Shown piece by piece: positions 46,608 through 55,192 of a DNA stretch of 64,000 bases (the stretch's first letter is position 1; each line of letters starts with the position of its first letter). The notes under the pieces were generated by a model, which was not told the origin of the DNA, did no database searches, and saw nothing but the letters and a program-made list of their open reading frames with translations. Origin of the DNA: an uncultured Anaerolineaceae bacterium (lineage in GTDB: Bacteria > Chloroflexota > Anaerolineae > Anaerolineales > E44-bin32). Where the stretch lies: contig CAZBLT010000008.1 in the NCBI GenBank assembly GCA_964492745.1, forward strand, positions 8,239-72,238. Reading direction: 5' to 3'. The translations under genes and the position numbers were made by a program.

Positions 46608-47608
46608 GGGGCCTTCAGCGCAACCACCAGCTGGCGCCAGAAGTCATCGCGCTCCCCGGGGCGAAAGGGGATGTAGGGCGCGATGCGATCCGCCAGCCCG
46701 GCGTATCGGGCTTCGATCGCTTGAGCGAGTTCTGCCGCAGGCGCTACCACCGCAAAGGTTTCGAGCATCTCGTCCGTGATCTCGGAAGCCATCTCGGCCC
46801 AACGGCCCTGGCGCGCCAGCGCCGAGAGCGTTTCGGCGGTCTCCTCCCAGCCGTGCAGCGCCATCACGCGCCGGTATGAGGGCGTGGAGGCGTAGAACGC
46901 GATCTGTTCCCGGGCAAACGCGGCCTCTTCCTCGCGGGTGACCAGAAAGACGGACACTGCAAGGGAGATCTCTCCCGGATCGCGGCCGGCTCGGCGGGCG
47001 CCCGCCTCGATGTTGGGCCGCACAATCTCTCGCAGATATCGCTCGGAGTGAAACGGGTGACCGTGGAGACCATCTGCGACCTCGCCGGCCAAGCGGCAAA
47101 GCCCGGGATTGACGCCCGCGAGATAAATGGGGATCCGGGGGTGATCTATCGGACCAGGATTAAAGAAGGGGCTCATGAGTGAGAGCCGATAGTACTCGCC
47201 ACGGACCTCCAGCGGCTCACCTTCTTGCCAGGTTCTCCAGAAGGCCCGCAAGGCGTTCACGAACTCGCGCAGCTTCCCAGCCGGTGATTGCGGCCAGGGC
47301 ATTCCGAAGCGGCGTTCGATATGGGCCTGAACCTGCGTCCCCAGGCCCAGGATAAATCGTCCACCCGTGAGCTGCGCCAGGTCCCAGGCTGTGTAGGCCA
47401 CCGTGGCTGGGCTGCGGCCGAATGCGATGGCCACGGCCGTGCCGAGTTGCAAACGGGAGGTGTGCTCAGCCGCCAGAGCCAGTGAGAGGAATGGGTCGTG
47501 CTGGGTCTCGCTGCTCCAGAGCGCATCGAAACCCGTGGCTTCTGCCGCCTTGGCCAATGCAGGCACCTGTGCGAGGGGGAGAGGCGGCAGCGTGGCGTCA
47601 ATCTTCAT
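46604..47608 (-). CDS. luciferase-like (LLM class) probable F420-dependent oxidoreductase
   Basis: MKIDATLP..AEATGFDALWSSETQHDPF, GRFILGLGTQV. Track ORF trimmed to ATG 47608. Confidence 0.65.
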   Translation of the reverse strand: MKIDATLPPLPLAQVPALAKAAEATGFDALWSSETQHDPFLSLALAAEHTSRLQLGTAVAIAFGRSPATVAYTAWDLAQLTGGRFILGLGTQVQAHIERRFGMPWPQSPAGKLREFVNALRAFWRTWQEGEPLEVRGEYYRLSLMSPFFNPGPIDHPRIPIYLAGVNPGLCRLAGEVADGLHGHPFHSERYLREIVRPNIEAGARRAGRDPGEISLAVSVFLVTREEEAAFAREQIAFYASTPSYRRVMALHGWEETAETLSALARQGRWAEMASEITDEMLETFAVVAPAAELAQAIEARYAGLADRIAPYIPFRPGERDDFWRQLVVALKAP

Positions 47609-48071
47609 CGTCGCCGGCCTCCTTACGGTTCGCAGGGTCACCTGGCACGAGCCCTTTATGCCTGGCCAGGATTTGCCGCCAGGCCTCGGGGATCGGCACG
47701 GATTGCCCTCGCCGGTAATCATAGGCCACCAGCACCGTTCTGCCACGGGCGTACTCTTCACCGCTGGCCTGCTCCCGCAGAGAGTAGCTCACTTCGAAAC
47801 TCTTGCGGCCGAGACGGCTGACCCGCACCCCGACCTCGACCACCTGGCCATACCGAAAGGCCTTCCTGTATGTGCAGGACTGCTCGGCCAGAATGATCCC
47901 GATCGCATCGAAATCCTCCCCCGACCATAGCCCCAGCGCCTGGAGGTACTTCGCCCTGGCTTGTTCCATGTAGGTGAAGTAGGTCGCGCTGTTGACATGG
48001 CGTTGCGCATCCACGTCGCGATAGCGCACCTCGATGGGGTGGAAGAATTGAAAGCCCAGATCCGAAACCAT
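47598..48071 (-). CDS. acyl-CoA thioesterase (4HBT/YbgC-like hotdog fold)
   Basis: IEVRYRDVDAQRHVNSATYFTYMEQAR. Confidence 0.75.
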   Translation of the reverse strand: MVSDLGFQFFHPIEVRYRDVDAQRHVNSATYFTYMEQARAKYLQALGLWSGEDFDAIGIILAEQSCTYRKAFRYGQVVEVGVRVSRLGRKSFEVSYSLREQASGEEYARGRTVLVAYDYRRGQSVPIPEAWRQILARHKGLVPGDPANRKEAGDDED

Positions 48072-48112
48072 ACTGCCCTCGCGATGAAACGTGCCGGAGC
48101 GTGAGAGCCGCT

Positions 48113-48565
48113 CTAGAGGATACCCCTGAGCAGCGGGCGCCACCAGGGGATGGCGACCAGGATCATCAGCAGCGCCAGAGTGTATCCCAGGGCAGTCCAG
48201 CGATGTTTCACGCGGTCCTCGCCGGCTTTCTTGGCCCGGGCGCCGGTGATGTGCACTACGACTAGCCCGATCAACATGAGCGGCATGTGCTGGGCCAACA
48301 AGAAACGAATCTCAGGGGTCTGCATGGCGCCTGCCAGATTCACAAACCCCACGCGGACAGGCGGGCTCGCGAAGGCCAGGATCACACCAAGAAGGGCCTG
48401 GATATCCAAGCTCAGGGAGAGCATGAACCCTGCCTGCGCATCGGCATCCTCCCACCCTCGCTTCCCAAGCCAACAACGGTAGGCTCGCCAAAGGGCCCAA
48501 ACGGCGGCCAGCAGCACCAACCAGCGGAAGATATTGTGAGCAATGACGGTGACGGTGTACAACAT
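48113..48565 (-). CDS. hypothetical membrane protein
   Basis: Four hydrophobic helices. GGAGGAGG lies upstream of ATG 48565 (track ORF trimmed by 21 codons). Confidence 0.5.
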   Translation of the reverse strand: MLYTVTVIAHNIFRWLVLLAAVWALWRAYRCWLGKRGWEDADAQAGFMLSLSLDIQALLGVILAFASPPVRVGFVNLAGAMQTPEIRFLLAQHMPLMLIGLVVVHITGARAKKAGEDRVKHRWTALGYTLALLMILVAIPWWRPLLRGIL

Positions 48566-48730
48566 AGAGGTAGTCCCTCCTCCGTTTCCATCACGCCCTG
48601 CGGGCGAGCCCATGGGCACAAGTTCCAAAGACGACCGCCAAGATTATACGCGCTGGGAGCCTTGTCGACAGGCAGTAGCATGCGAAGCGCCCCGGACCGA
48701 AGTACCGGGGCGCCCGATGTCTGCACTTCG

Positions 48731-49687
48731 TCAAGCTTGCATAGTCTCGGTCTTGCCGTAGAGCCTGCGGTGCACTACGCTCAAGGCACGCACCTGCTGC
48801 TCGGCGTGGTAGGAGGATCGCACCAGCGGCCCGCTCTCCACCCAGCGGAAACCGAGTCCGAGGCCGTAGTCCTTCAAGGCTTCGAATTCCTCGGGGCGAT
48901 AATAGCGATCGATCGGCAGGTGCTTGCGGGTGGGTTGCAGGTATTGCCCAATGGTGAGAATATCCACACCCCAGGACCGCAAGTCGCGCATGACCGCCTG
49001 CACTTCTTCGAATGTTTCGCCAAGCCCGACCATGATGCCCGACTTGGTTAGCACATCCGGATCGAGTTTCTTTGCATGGGTGAGCGTGGCCTGAGCCCAT
49101 TCATAGCGGTCTTGGGGCTGGACCCTCTTGAAGAGCCGCGGCACGGTCTCCACGTTGTGATTCAGGATCTCCGGCCGGGCGTCCATCACGATCTTCAGAG
49201 CCTGCTCGGATCCTTTGAAATCCGGGATGAGCACTTCGACCGAGCAGCCCGGTTGCAGTTCGCGAATGCGGCGAATGACCATGGCGAAAATCGGCGCGCC
49301 GCCATCCGGGCGCTCGTCTCGGTTCACGCTAGTGATGACCGCGTGGCGCAGGTTCATGCGCTGCACGGCTCGCGCCACGCGCTCGGGCTCGAGCCAGTCC
49401 AGCGGCGCCGGGCGGCCGGTGGCGATATCACAGAAACCGCAGGAGCGGGTGCAAATCTCGCCCATCATGAGGAAGGTGGCTGTCCCCGATCCCCAGCACT
49501 CACCCATGTTAGGGCAACGGGCTTCCTCACACACGGTGTGCAGGGCCTTGCTGCGCATCATAGTGCGGAGCCATTCCACCTTCTCCCCAGAGGGTGCCCG
49601 CACCTTGATCCACTCCGGTCTCCGCAGTGGCCGGCTGGCTTCAGTGATTCTTTGCATCCGGCTGGATGGTTCTTGACGAGAGTCCAA
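48731..49687 (-). CDS. lipA: lipoyl synthase
   Basis: [12 protein letters not shown] plus the radical SAM motif CTRSCGFC. Confidence 0.92.
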   Translation of the reverse strand: MDSRQEPSSRMQRITEASRPLRRPEWIKVRAPSGEKVEWLRTMMRSKALHTVCEEARCPNMGECWGSGTATFLMMGEICTRSCGFCDIATGRPAPLDWLEPERVARAVQRMNLRHAVITSVNRDERPDGGAPIFAMVIRRIRELQPGCSVEVLIPDFKGSEQALKIVMDARPEILNHNVETVPRLFKRVQPQDRYEWAQATLTHAKKLDPDVLTKSGIMVGLGETFEEVQAVMRDLRSWGVDILTIGQYLQPTRKHLPIDRYYRPEEFEALKDYGLGLGFRWVESGPLVRSSYHAEQQVRALSVVHRRLYGKTETMQA

Positions 49688-49907
49688 GCGGGCCTCCTTT
49701 CAGGCCCATTCTACCGCGAATTACCGAACTCCTTGCCCAGTCACGCTGGATGCAGCCGCGGGTGGCGGGATACCGCAGGGAGCCACGGGCCGACATGATT
49801 AGTTACAGATTTCACAAATGACCTTTGTCCCTTGCGGCAAGATGGACCTGGGGGTATCGTTAGTTTGTCTGACAATTTGCCGTAGTCTGCTCTGAGGAGT
49901 TTCCTCT

Positions 49908-50753
49908 ATGAATCAAGAATTGCGTATCGACGCCTTGCTCCCGCCCGAAATGGCGAGGCGGGCCGAGTACATCGGGGTCGGCAAGGCCGAGGCCCCCGCG
50001 CTGCGCACCTTCGTGCTCGCGGTCCTCGCCGGCGCCTTCATCGCCCTGGGCGCGATCTTCGCCACCACCGTCGCGGCCGGAACGACCGCGGCGCTGCCCT
50101 TCGGTGTTGCCAAACTGCTGATCGGGCTTGTGTTCTGCCTGGGCCTGATCCTGGTCATCGTGGGTGGCGCCGAGCTCTTCACCGGCAACAATCTCATCGT
50201 CATGGCCTGGGCCAGCCGCAAGGTCACTACGACCGGCCTGCTCCGGAATTGGGCGATCGTCTATGCGGGCAACTTCGTCGGCGCTGTGGGCACCGCCGTG
50301 CTGCTCTTCCTGAGCCGGCAATACACGTTCGGTGGCGGCGCAATCGGAAGCACGGCCTTGGCCATCGCCAACGGCAAGGTTTCCCTGGACTGGCTCCAGG
50401 CGCTGATGCTGGGCGTGCTGTGCAACATCCTGGTCTGCCTCGCAGTGTGGCTCACCTTCAGCGCCCGCAGTACGATCGACAAGATCGCGGCGATCATCTT
50501 TCCGATCAGCGCCTTCGTCGCCGCTGGATTTGAACACAGCGTGGCCAACATGTACTTCATTCCCATCGGCCTGCTGATTAAGCAATTCGACACAGCCTTC
50601 ACGGCAGCGTCAGGCCTTGACCTTACGATGCTTACTTGGGGCCGCTTCCTGGCCGGGAACCTGCTCCCGGTCACCCTGGGCAACATCATCGGCGGCTCTG
50701 TCTTCGTCGCCGCGGTCTATTGGTCCGTTTTTCTCCGCCAAAACAATTCTTAA
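49908..50753 (+). CDS. formate/nitrite transporter family protein
   Basis: FNT-type sequence (GAELFTGN, FEHSVANMYFIP). Confidence 0.85.
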   Translation: MNQELRIDALLPPEMARRAEYIGVGKAEAPALRTFVLAVLAGAFIALGAIFATTVAAGTTAALPFGVAKLLIGLVFCLGLILVIVGGAELFTGNNLIVMAWASRKVTTTGLLRNWAIVYAGNFVGAVGTAVLLFLSRQYTFGGGAIGSTALAIANGKVSLDWLQALMLGVLCNILVCLAVWLTFSARSTIDKIAAIIFPISAFVAAGFEHSVANMYFIPIGLLIKQFDTAFTAASGLDLTMLTWGRFLAGNLLPVTLGNIIGGSVFVAAVYWSVFLRQNNS

Positions 50754-50776
50754 GAACTCAGAGAGGGATAATTGCC

Positions 50777-51007
50777 ATGAAGGCCTATATTTTGATCGAA
50801 ATCCGAACGGGTGAGATCGAGAAGGTGGTCGAGCATCTTCGCCGGGTGGAGGGCGTGCAAGAGGCACACATGACCTTCGGCCCCTACGACGCTATCGCCC
50901 TGGTCGAAGCCGAGAATGTGCGTAGCCTGGGCAAGATCATGGCCAACCGCATTCAACCCATCCCCGGTGTTCTGGAGACGCTCACTTGCCTCGCCGTCGA
51001 CGGCTAG
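50777..51007 (+). CDS. Lrp/AsnC ligand-binding-domain small protein
   Basis: 76 aa, MKAYILIEIRTGEIEKVVEHLRRVEGVQEAHMTFGPYDAIALVE. GAGAGGGA lies before ATG 50777. Confidence 0.6.
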   Translation: MKAYILIEIRTGEIEKVVEHLRRVEGVQEAHMTFGPYDAIALVEAENVRSLGKIMANRIQPIPGVLETLTCLAVDG

Positions 51008-51044
51008 AGTCATACTCGCTTCTTCTCCTATCCATCTAGGGCAG

Positions 51045-51075
51045 GACCGGGGCGCACGCGGCGTGCGCCCCGGTC
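51045..51075. other. 31-nt GC-rich palindrome (stable hairpin, no U-tract)
   Basis: GACCGGGGCGCACGC g GCGTGCGCCCCGGTC, 38 nt after the Lrp-like gene stop. Confidence 0.6.
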
Positions 51076-51211
51076 GCATCCCGCCGCCACGGCCGCGCAG
51101 GATTTGGCGTATCCTTATCGGACTTCCCGTGTTTTCCTCATAGGCGCCCGGTCCACCTAGGGGAGAGCCCCTGGGCGTCGACGCCGTCCGGGCTCTCATT
51201 GTGGAGGCTTC

Positions 51212-51382
51212 ATGCGCCTCAGTCCCCCCACCAAGGCGGTCTTCTCGCTTTCCATGTTGCTTGCCATCCTCTCACTCGCAGGACAGTTCGCCAGCCTGCC
51301 GATCGTGAGCGGCTACGCATACCCGCTCATGCTAGCTGCCTATCTTCTGCTCTTTCTGGGAAGCGTCTTCCGGGGTATCTAA
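51212..51382 (+). CDS. small (56 aa) two-helix membrane protein, hypothetical
   Basis: GGAGG lies 5 nt before ATG 51212. Translation is MRLSPPTKAVFSLSMLLAILSLAGQFASLPIVSGYAYPLMLAAYLLLFLGSVFRGI. Below the ORF track length cut-off. Confidence 0.4.
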   Translation: MRLSPPTKAVFSLSMLLAILSLAGQFASLPIVSGYAYPLMLAAYLLLFLGSVFRGI

Positions 51383-51471
51383 ACCGCGCGCTCTCGCAAG
51401 CGCGCTCCGCCCACGCCCCAACGGCCAGGTCTCAACCGCAGTCTCAGCCTAATCCTGCCTGCTGCCAGGGT

Positions 51472-54036
51472 TCAGGCCTTGCCCGGATCTTGCCCGGATG
51501 GCGTGATGAGCGCCCGCAGCAATTGAACGGTGAGAACCTTCACCTCGCCCCCGCCCGGCCCCACGGGGCCTACACAAGCCGGGCAACCATCCTCGCAGCG
51601 ACAGGTCAGGACGAGCTCGAGAGCGCCCTGGATCAATTCATCATGCAGACTGTAAAGCCGTTCCGCAAGCCCCAGCCCTTCCGGCACGCGGTCGAAAAGA
51701 GTGATAGTCGGGCTCTTGGTTTCCCGATCGCGCACGGCCGTCAGGGAGCCCAGGTCCCTGGGGTCGCACATCAGGAAGAGCGGCGCTATGTTATTTAGAG
51801 CATACGCCAGCCCACCTAAGGCGCTGCGCTTGGCCCGCGCCGACTCAGCCCGCATATGACAGGCCGGGCAGAGGGTGATCAGATTCTCCAATTGATTGGC
51901 TTCCCGATCCTTGCGATTCTCACCTGGCACGTAGCCGAAGGTCCGGAACGGCTGGATATGATGGACGTGGTGCGCTTTGCCAGCCCGCTCGGGCGCGCCG
52001 CATTGCCGGCAGCGGTAGCCATCCCGGGCCCTCGCCGCCTCTCGCGCCATCTCCCAGCTCGGTCCATAGTCTTGGGGAGGCAGCAGAACACCCGCACGCT
52101 CGAGCCGCTCCACCTCGTCCGGCGCGATCCAGATCCAGTACGCGGAGGTCTCGAATACGCGCGGCGGCAAGTCAATCGGGCCATAACCGAGGGTTTCGTG
52201 GGTGTAGCGCTTCACCTTCCGGAAGGAGGTTGCCTCGGCTGTGATTTGGGCCCAGCCATGCGCGCGCCGCAGCGGGCGGCTTTCGTCGGCATCATAGACC
52301 TCCAGAATCTCCATATCCACGCTCTCGGACGCGTCGGTGTAGTAATCCACCTCTGCGGCTCTCACCTCCGCCAGCGCAGCCTCCCAATCCAACCGCTCCA
52401 CCAAATAGGTACGGCCCTCGTGGATATAGACCGCACCCTCATGCAACATGAGTGGGGCGGTGGCACGGTCCACCTCGCCGATGACGACCGGCTCGCCAGC
52501 CCCCACATCCTGGATGACGATAACGTCATCGCTGCTGGCGCGCAGGGAAGCCCTCTCGGCGGGATAGGCATCTGCCACCCAGTGATAGCTCCCATTCGAG
52601 CGGTGCAATTCCCCTTCCTCGGCCAGGAACGCCAACAGGTCCCCCAGCCTCTCGACCGCGCCGAAATCCTCGCCTTCCTCGAAGGGAAGTTCAAAGGTCG
52701 CACAACACAAATGGCGAAGGAGGATCGCCAGGTTGTTTGGATTAATCAGCCCCATTTCGGGCGAGCGCTCGAACAGGTAGGCAGGGTGGGTGGCCACGAA
52801 TTGGTCCAGCGGTGCGGCGGAGGCCACTAGCACAGCCACCGATACATCGGCGCGCCGTCCCGCGCGCCCCGCCTGTTGCCAAAGGCTGGCGATCGTGCCG
52901 GGATAGCCAGCCACGATGGCCGCCCCGAGCTGACCGATGTCCACCCCCAACTCGAGCGCGTTGGTCGCCACCACGCCCAGCACGTCTCCGCCGCGCAGGC
53001 CGCGCTCGATCTCGCGACGCTCGAGCGGCAGGTAGCCACCCCGATAGCCGCGGATTTTCGCCGGATCCCCGCCAGCCTGCTGGAACGCATCCCTCAAGTA
53101 TCCCAGCAGCACCTCCGTCGTCATGCGGGCACGCGCGAAGACCACCGTCTGCACCCCCGCCTCGAGGAATCGCTCTGCCAGGCGGGTGGCCTCCAGCGTG
53201 TACGCCCGTCGAATGCCGAGCTTCGGCTCGACCACGGGTGGGTTGTAGATCAGCACATGCTTCTCCGCCCTGGGAGAACCATCCAAATCTCGCGAGATCA
53301 GATGGACTGATGCCTGGATCAGGTTCTCGGCCAGTTCTTTGGGGTTGGCGATGGTCGCCGAGGTGAGGATGAAACCAGGATCCGAGCCGTAGAAGCGGCA
53401 CAGGCGGCGGAGCCTGCGCAGCACATTGGCGACGTTAGAGCCGAAGACGCCGCGGTAGGTATGGAGCTCGTCGATTATCACCCAGCGCAGGTTCTCCAGC
53501 AGGTGTGCCCAGCGAGGATGATGGGGCAGGATGGCCATATGGAGCATATCGGGGTTGGTGATGAGCAGCCGGGCTTCCTCGCGGACTGCTGCGCGGCGGG
53601 CGGCGGGCGTATCCCCGTCATATGTCCGCACTGGGACAGCATCCGCGGCCTCCAGCAGGTCCAGGAACTCCGCCAAGCCGGCCGCCTGATCCTGGGAGAG
53701 CGCCTTGGTGGGGAAGAGATAGAGCGCCCGCGCCTCGGAGTCCGACAGCATGGACTGCAAGACCGGAAGATTGTAGCAGAGCGTCTTGCCGGATGCGGTC
53801 CCCGTCACCACGACGACGTTCTCGCCCGCCAGCGCGGCCTCGACCGCCGCGGCCTGATGCGTGTAGAGCGGGAAGGTTCCTGCCCGTTCCAGGGCAAGCG
53901 ACAGACGCGGGTCAAGACCCTCTGGGGTTTCCCCAAAGCGGGCCGGCCGCGACGGGATACGCTCCCAGGCCGAGACGTTCTGCATGAAGCCCGCGTCCAG
54001 GCGCAGCCGCTCGAGGACCTCTTCGACGCTCATCAC
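51472..54036 (-). CDS. DEAD/DEAH-box helicase with C-terminal DUF1998 (MrfA/YprA-like) region and an embedded HNH motif
   Basis: Helicase motifs GTASGKT (I), DELH (II), SAT (III), QQAGRAGRR (VI). C-terminal Cys cluster CRCEDGCPAC. HNH-like segment RDGYRCRQCG..HHVHHI..NLITLCPACH at 51844-52026. Start is GTG 54036 or ATG 54033. Confidence 0.8.
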   Translation of the reverse strand: MMSVEEVLERLRLDAGFMQNVSAWERIPSRPARFGETPEGLDPRLSLALERAGTFPLYTHQAAAVEAALAGENVVVVTGTASGKTLCYNLPVLQSMLSDSEARALYLFPTKALSQDQAAGLAEFLDLLEAADAVPVRTYDGDTPAARRAAVREEARLLITNPDMLHMAILPHHPRWAHLLENLRWVIIDELHTYRGVFGSNVANVLRRLRRLCRFYGSDPGFILTSATIANPKELAENLIQASVHLISRDLDGSPRAEKHVLIYNPPVVEPKLGIRRAYTLEATRLAERFLEAGVQTVVFARARMTTEVLLGYLRDAFQQAGGDPAKIRGYRGGYLPLERREIERGLRGGDVLGVVATNALELGVDIGQLGAAIVAGYPGTIASLWQQAGRAGRRADVSVAVLVASAAPLDQFVATHPAYLFERSPEMGLINPNNLAILLRHLCCATFELPFEEGEDFGAVERLGDLLAFLAEEGELHRSNGSYHWVADAYPAERASLRASSDDVIVIQDVGAGEPVVIGEVDRATAPLMLHEGAVYIHEGRTYLVERLDWEAALAEVRAAEVDYYTDASESVDMEILEVYDADESRPLRRAHGWAQITAEATSFRKVKRYTHETLGYGPIDLPPRVFETSAYWIWIAPDEVERLERAGVLLPPQDYGPSWEMAREAARARDGYRCRQCGAPERAGKAHHVHHIQPFRTFGYVPGENRKDREANQLENLITLCPACHMRAESARAKRSALGGLAYALNNIAPLFLMCDPRDLGSLTAVRDRETKSPTITLFDRVPEGLGLAERLYSLHDELIQGALELVLTCRCEDGCPACVGPVGPGGGEVKVLTVQLLRALITPSGQDPGKA

Positions 54037-54148
54037 ACCGCATTATACCGGCGCGCAGGCAGTGCGCTGCTGGCGCGGCCCAGCGCGTGTTGCGCCCGAA
54101 TCCACCGATATGATGCACTGGGCAAATCGTGGGGAAAAGCCCGGGAGT

Positions 54149-54937
54149 CTAGCCGAGGGTCAGGCTCACAGGGCAATGATCCGAGCCCATGACGTCTGCG
54201 TGAATCCCAGCCTCGAGCAACCGCGGGCGCATGTCAGGGGTGATGAAGAAGTAGTCGATGCGCCAGCCGATATTCCGCTCGCGGGCGCCACCCCAATTGG
54301 CCCACCAACTATAGGCGCCCTCCCGGTCGGGGTTGAGCTCGCGAAAGGCATCCAAATAGCCGCGTTCAAGCACCTCATCGATCCAGGCTCTCTCCTGCGG
54401 CAGGAACCCGGTGGTGTTCTGGTTTTGCGCCGGACGGGCGAGATCGATCTCGCGATGCGCGGTGTTCACATCGCCACAGATAATGACCGGGCGTCCCTGC
54501 GAGCGCAACCCCTCGGCCCGCTCCAGGAGAGCGCGCTTGTAGGCCATCTTGAAGGGAACCCGGCTGTGGTCCCGTGAACCGTTGGGGAAGTAAGCCGTTA
54601 AGAGCACAAAGTCACCATAATCAGCCTGAATCGTGCGCCCTTCGCGATCGAAGATCTCATCTCCCAGGCCCAGGATCACCTTCGATGGCTCCCGGCGTGT
54701 TAGCAAGGCCACGCCGCTATAGCCCTTGCGCTCGGCGGGAGCCCAATGGGCTTGATAACCCTGGGGCTCTTGAAGATCCTTGGGGAGTTGCTCGGGCAGG
54801 GCCCGCACTTCTTGCAGACAGAGAATGTCAGGCCGCTCAGCTGCGAGCCAATCCATGAAACCCTTACGGTAGGCCGCCCGCAGGCCGTTTACATTCCAGG
54901 AGAACAGCCTGAGCGCGCCCCGATTCTCCGCCGTCAT
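54149..54937 (-). CDS. xthA: exodeoxyribonuclease III
   Basis: LRLFSWNVNGLRA, ILCLQE, GDVNTAHREID, SDHCPV. Confidence 0.88.
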   Translation of the reverse strand: MTAENRGALRLFSWNVNGLRAAYRKGFMDWLAAERPDILCLQEVRALPEQLPKDLQEPQGYQAHWAPAERKGYSGVALLTRREPSKVILGLGDEIFDREGRTIQADYGDFVLLTAYFPNGSRDHSRVPFKMAYKRALLERAEGLRSQGRPVIICGDVNTAHREIDLARPAQNQNTTGFLPQERAWIDEVLERGYLDAFRELNPDREGAYSWWANWGGARERNIGWRIDYFFITPDMRPRLLEAGIHADVMGSDHCPVSLTLG

Positions 54938-54947
54938 CCCTTCTCCC

Positions 54948-55181
54948 TCACCCAGCCTTCAGTTGGTAATACTGGCTGATGTGATCCGCCTCCGCACAAG
55001 CCTGCTTGGCCGGGCATCGCTGGCAGAGATCGGCCCGAACCTGTTCGATCCGACCCAATCGCATCAGCGTTTCCAGCATGCCTTCGACGGCGGAGGGCGG
55101 CCTGCCGAGCGCCGCGGCGATCTCATCCACGCCCATGGGATGCCTGGATTCTTCTAGCAGCTTCAGCGCTTCTCCCAGCAT
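54948..55181 (-). CDS. feoC: FeoC-like winged-helix protein
   Basis: 77 aa with a wHTH (MGVDEIAAALGRPPSAVEGMLETLMRLGRI) and C-terminal Cys residues. Starts 11 nt after feoB. Track ORF trimmed to ATG 55181. Confidence 0.55.
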   Translation of the reverse strand: MLGEALKLLEESRHPMGVDEIAAALGRPPSAVEGMLETLMRLGRIEQVRADLCQRCPAKQACAEADHISQYYQLKAG

Positions 55182-55192
55182 TGCAATAGATC

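Noticed and set aside
49814-49828. ACAAA-N5-TTTGT inverted repeat upstream of the formate/nitrite transporter gene, considered as a CRP/FNR-type site.
   Set aside because: It has only 5-bp arms, does not match the TTGAT-N4-ATCAA or TGTGA-N6-TCACA cores, and is easily expected by chance in a 220-bp AT-richer spacer.
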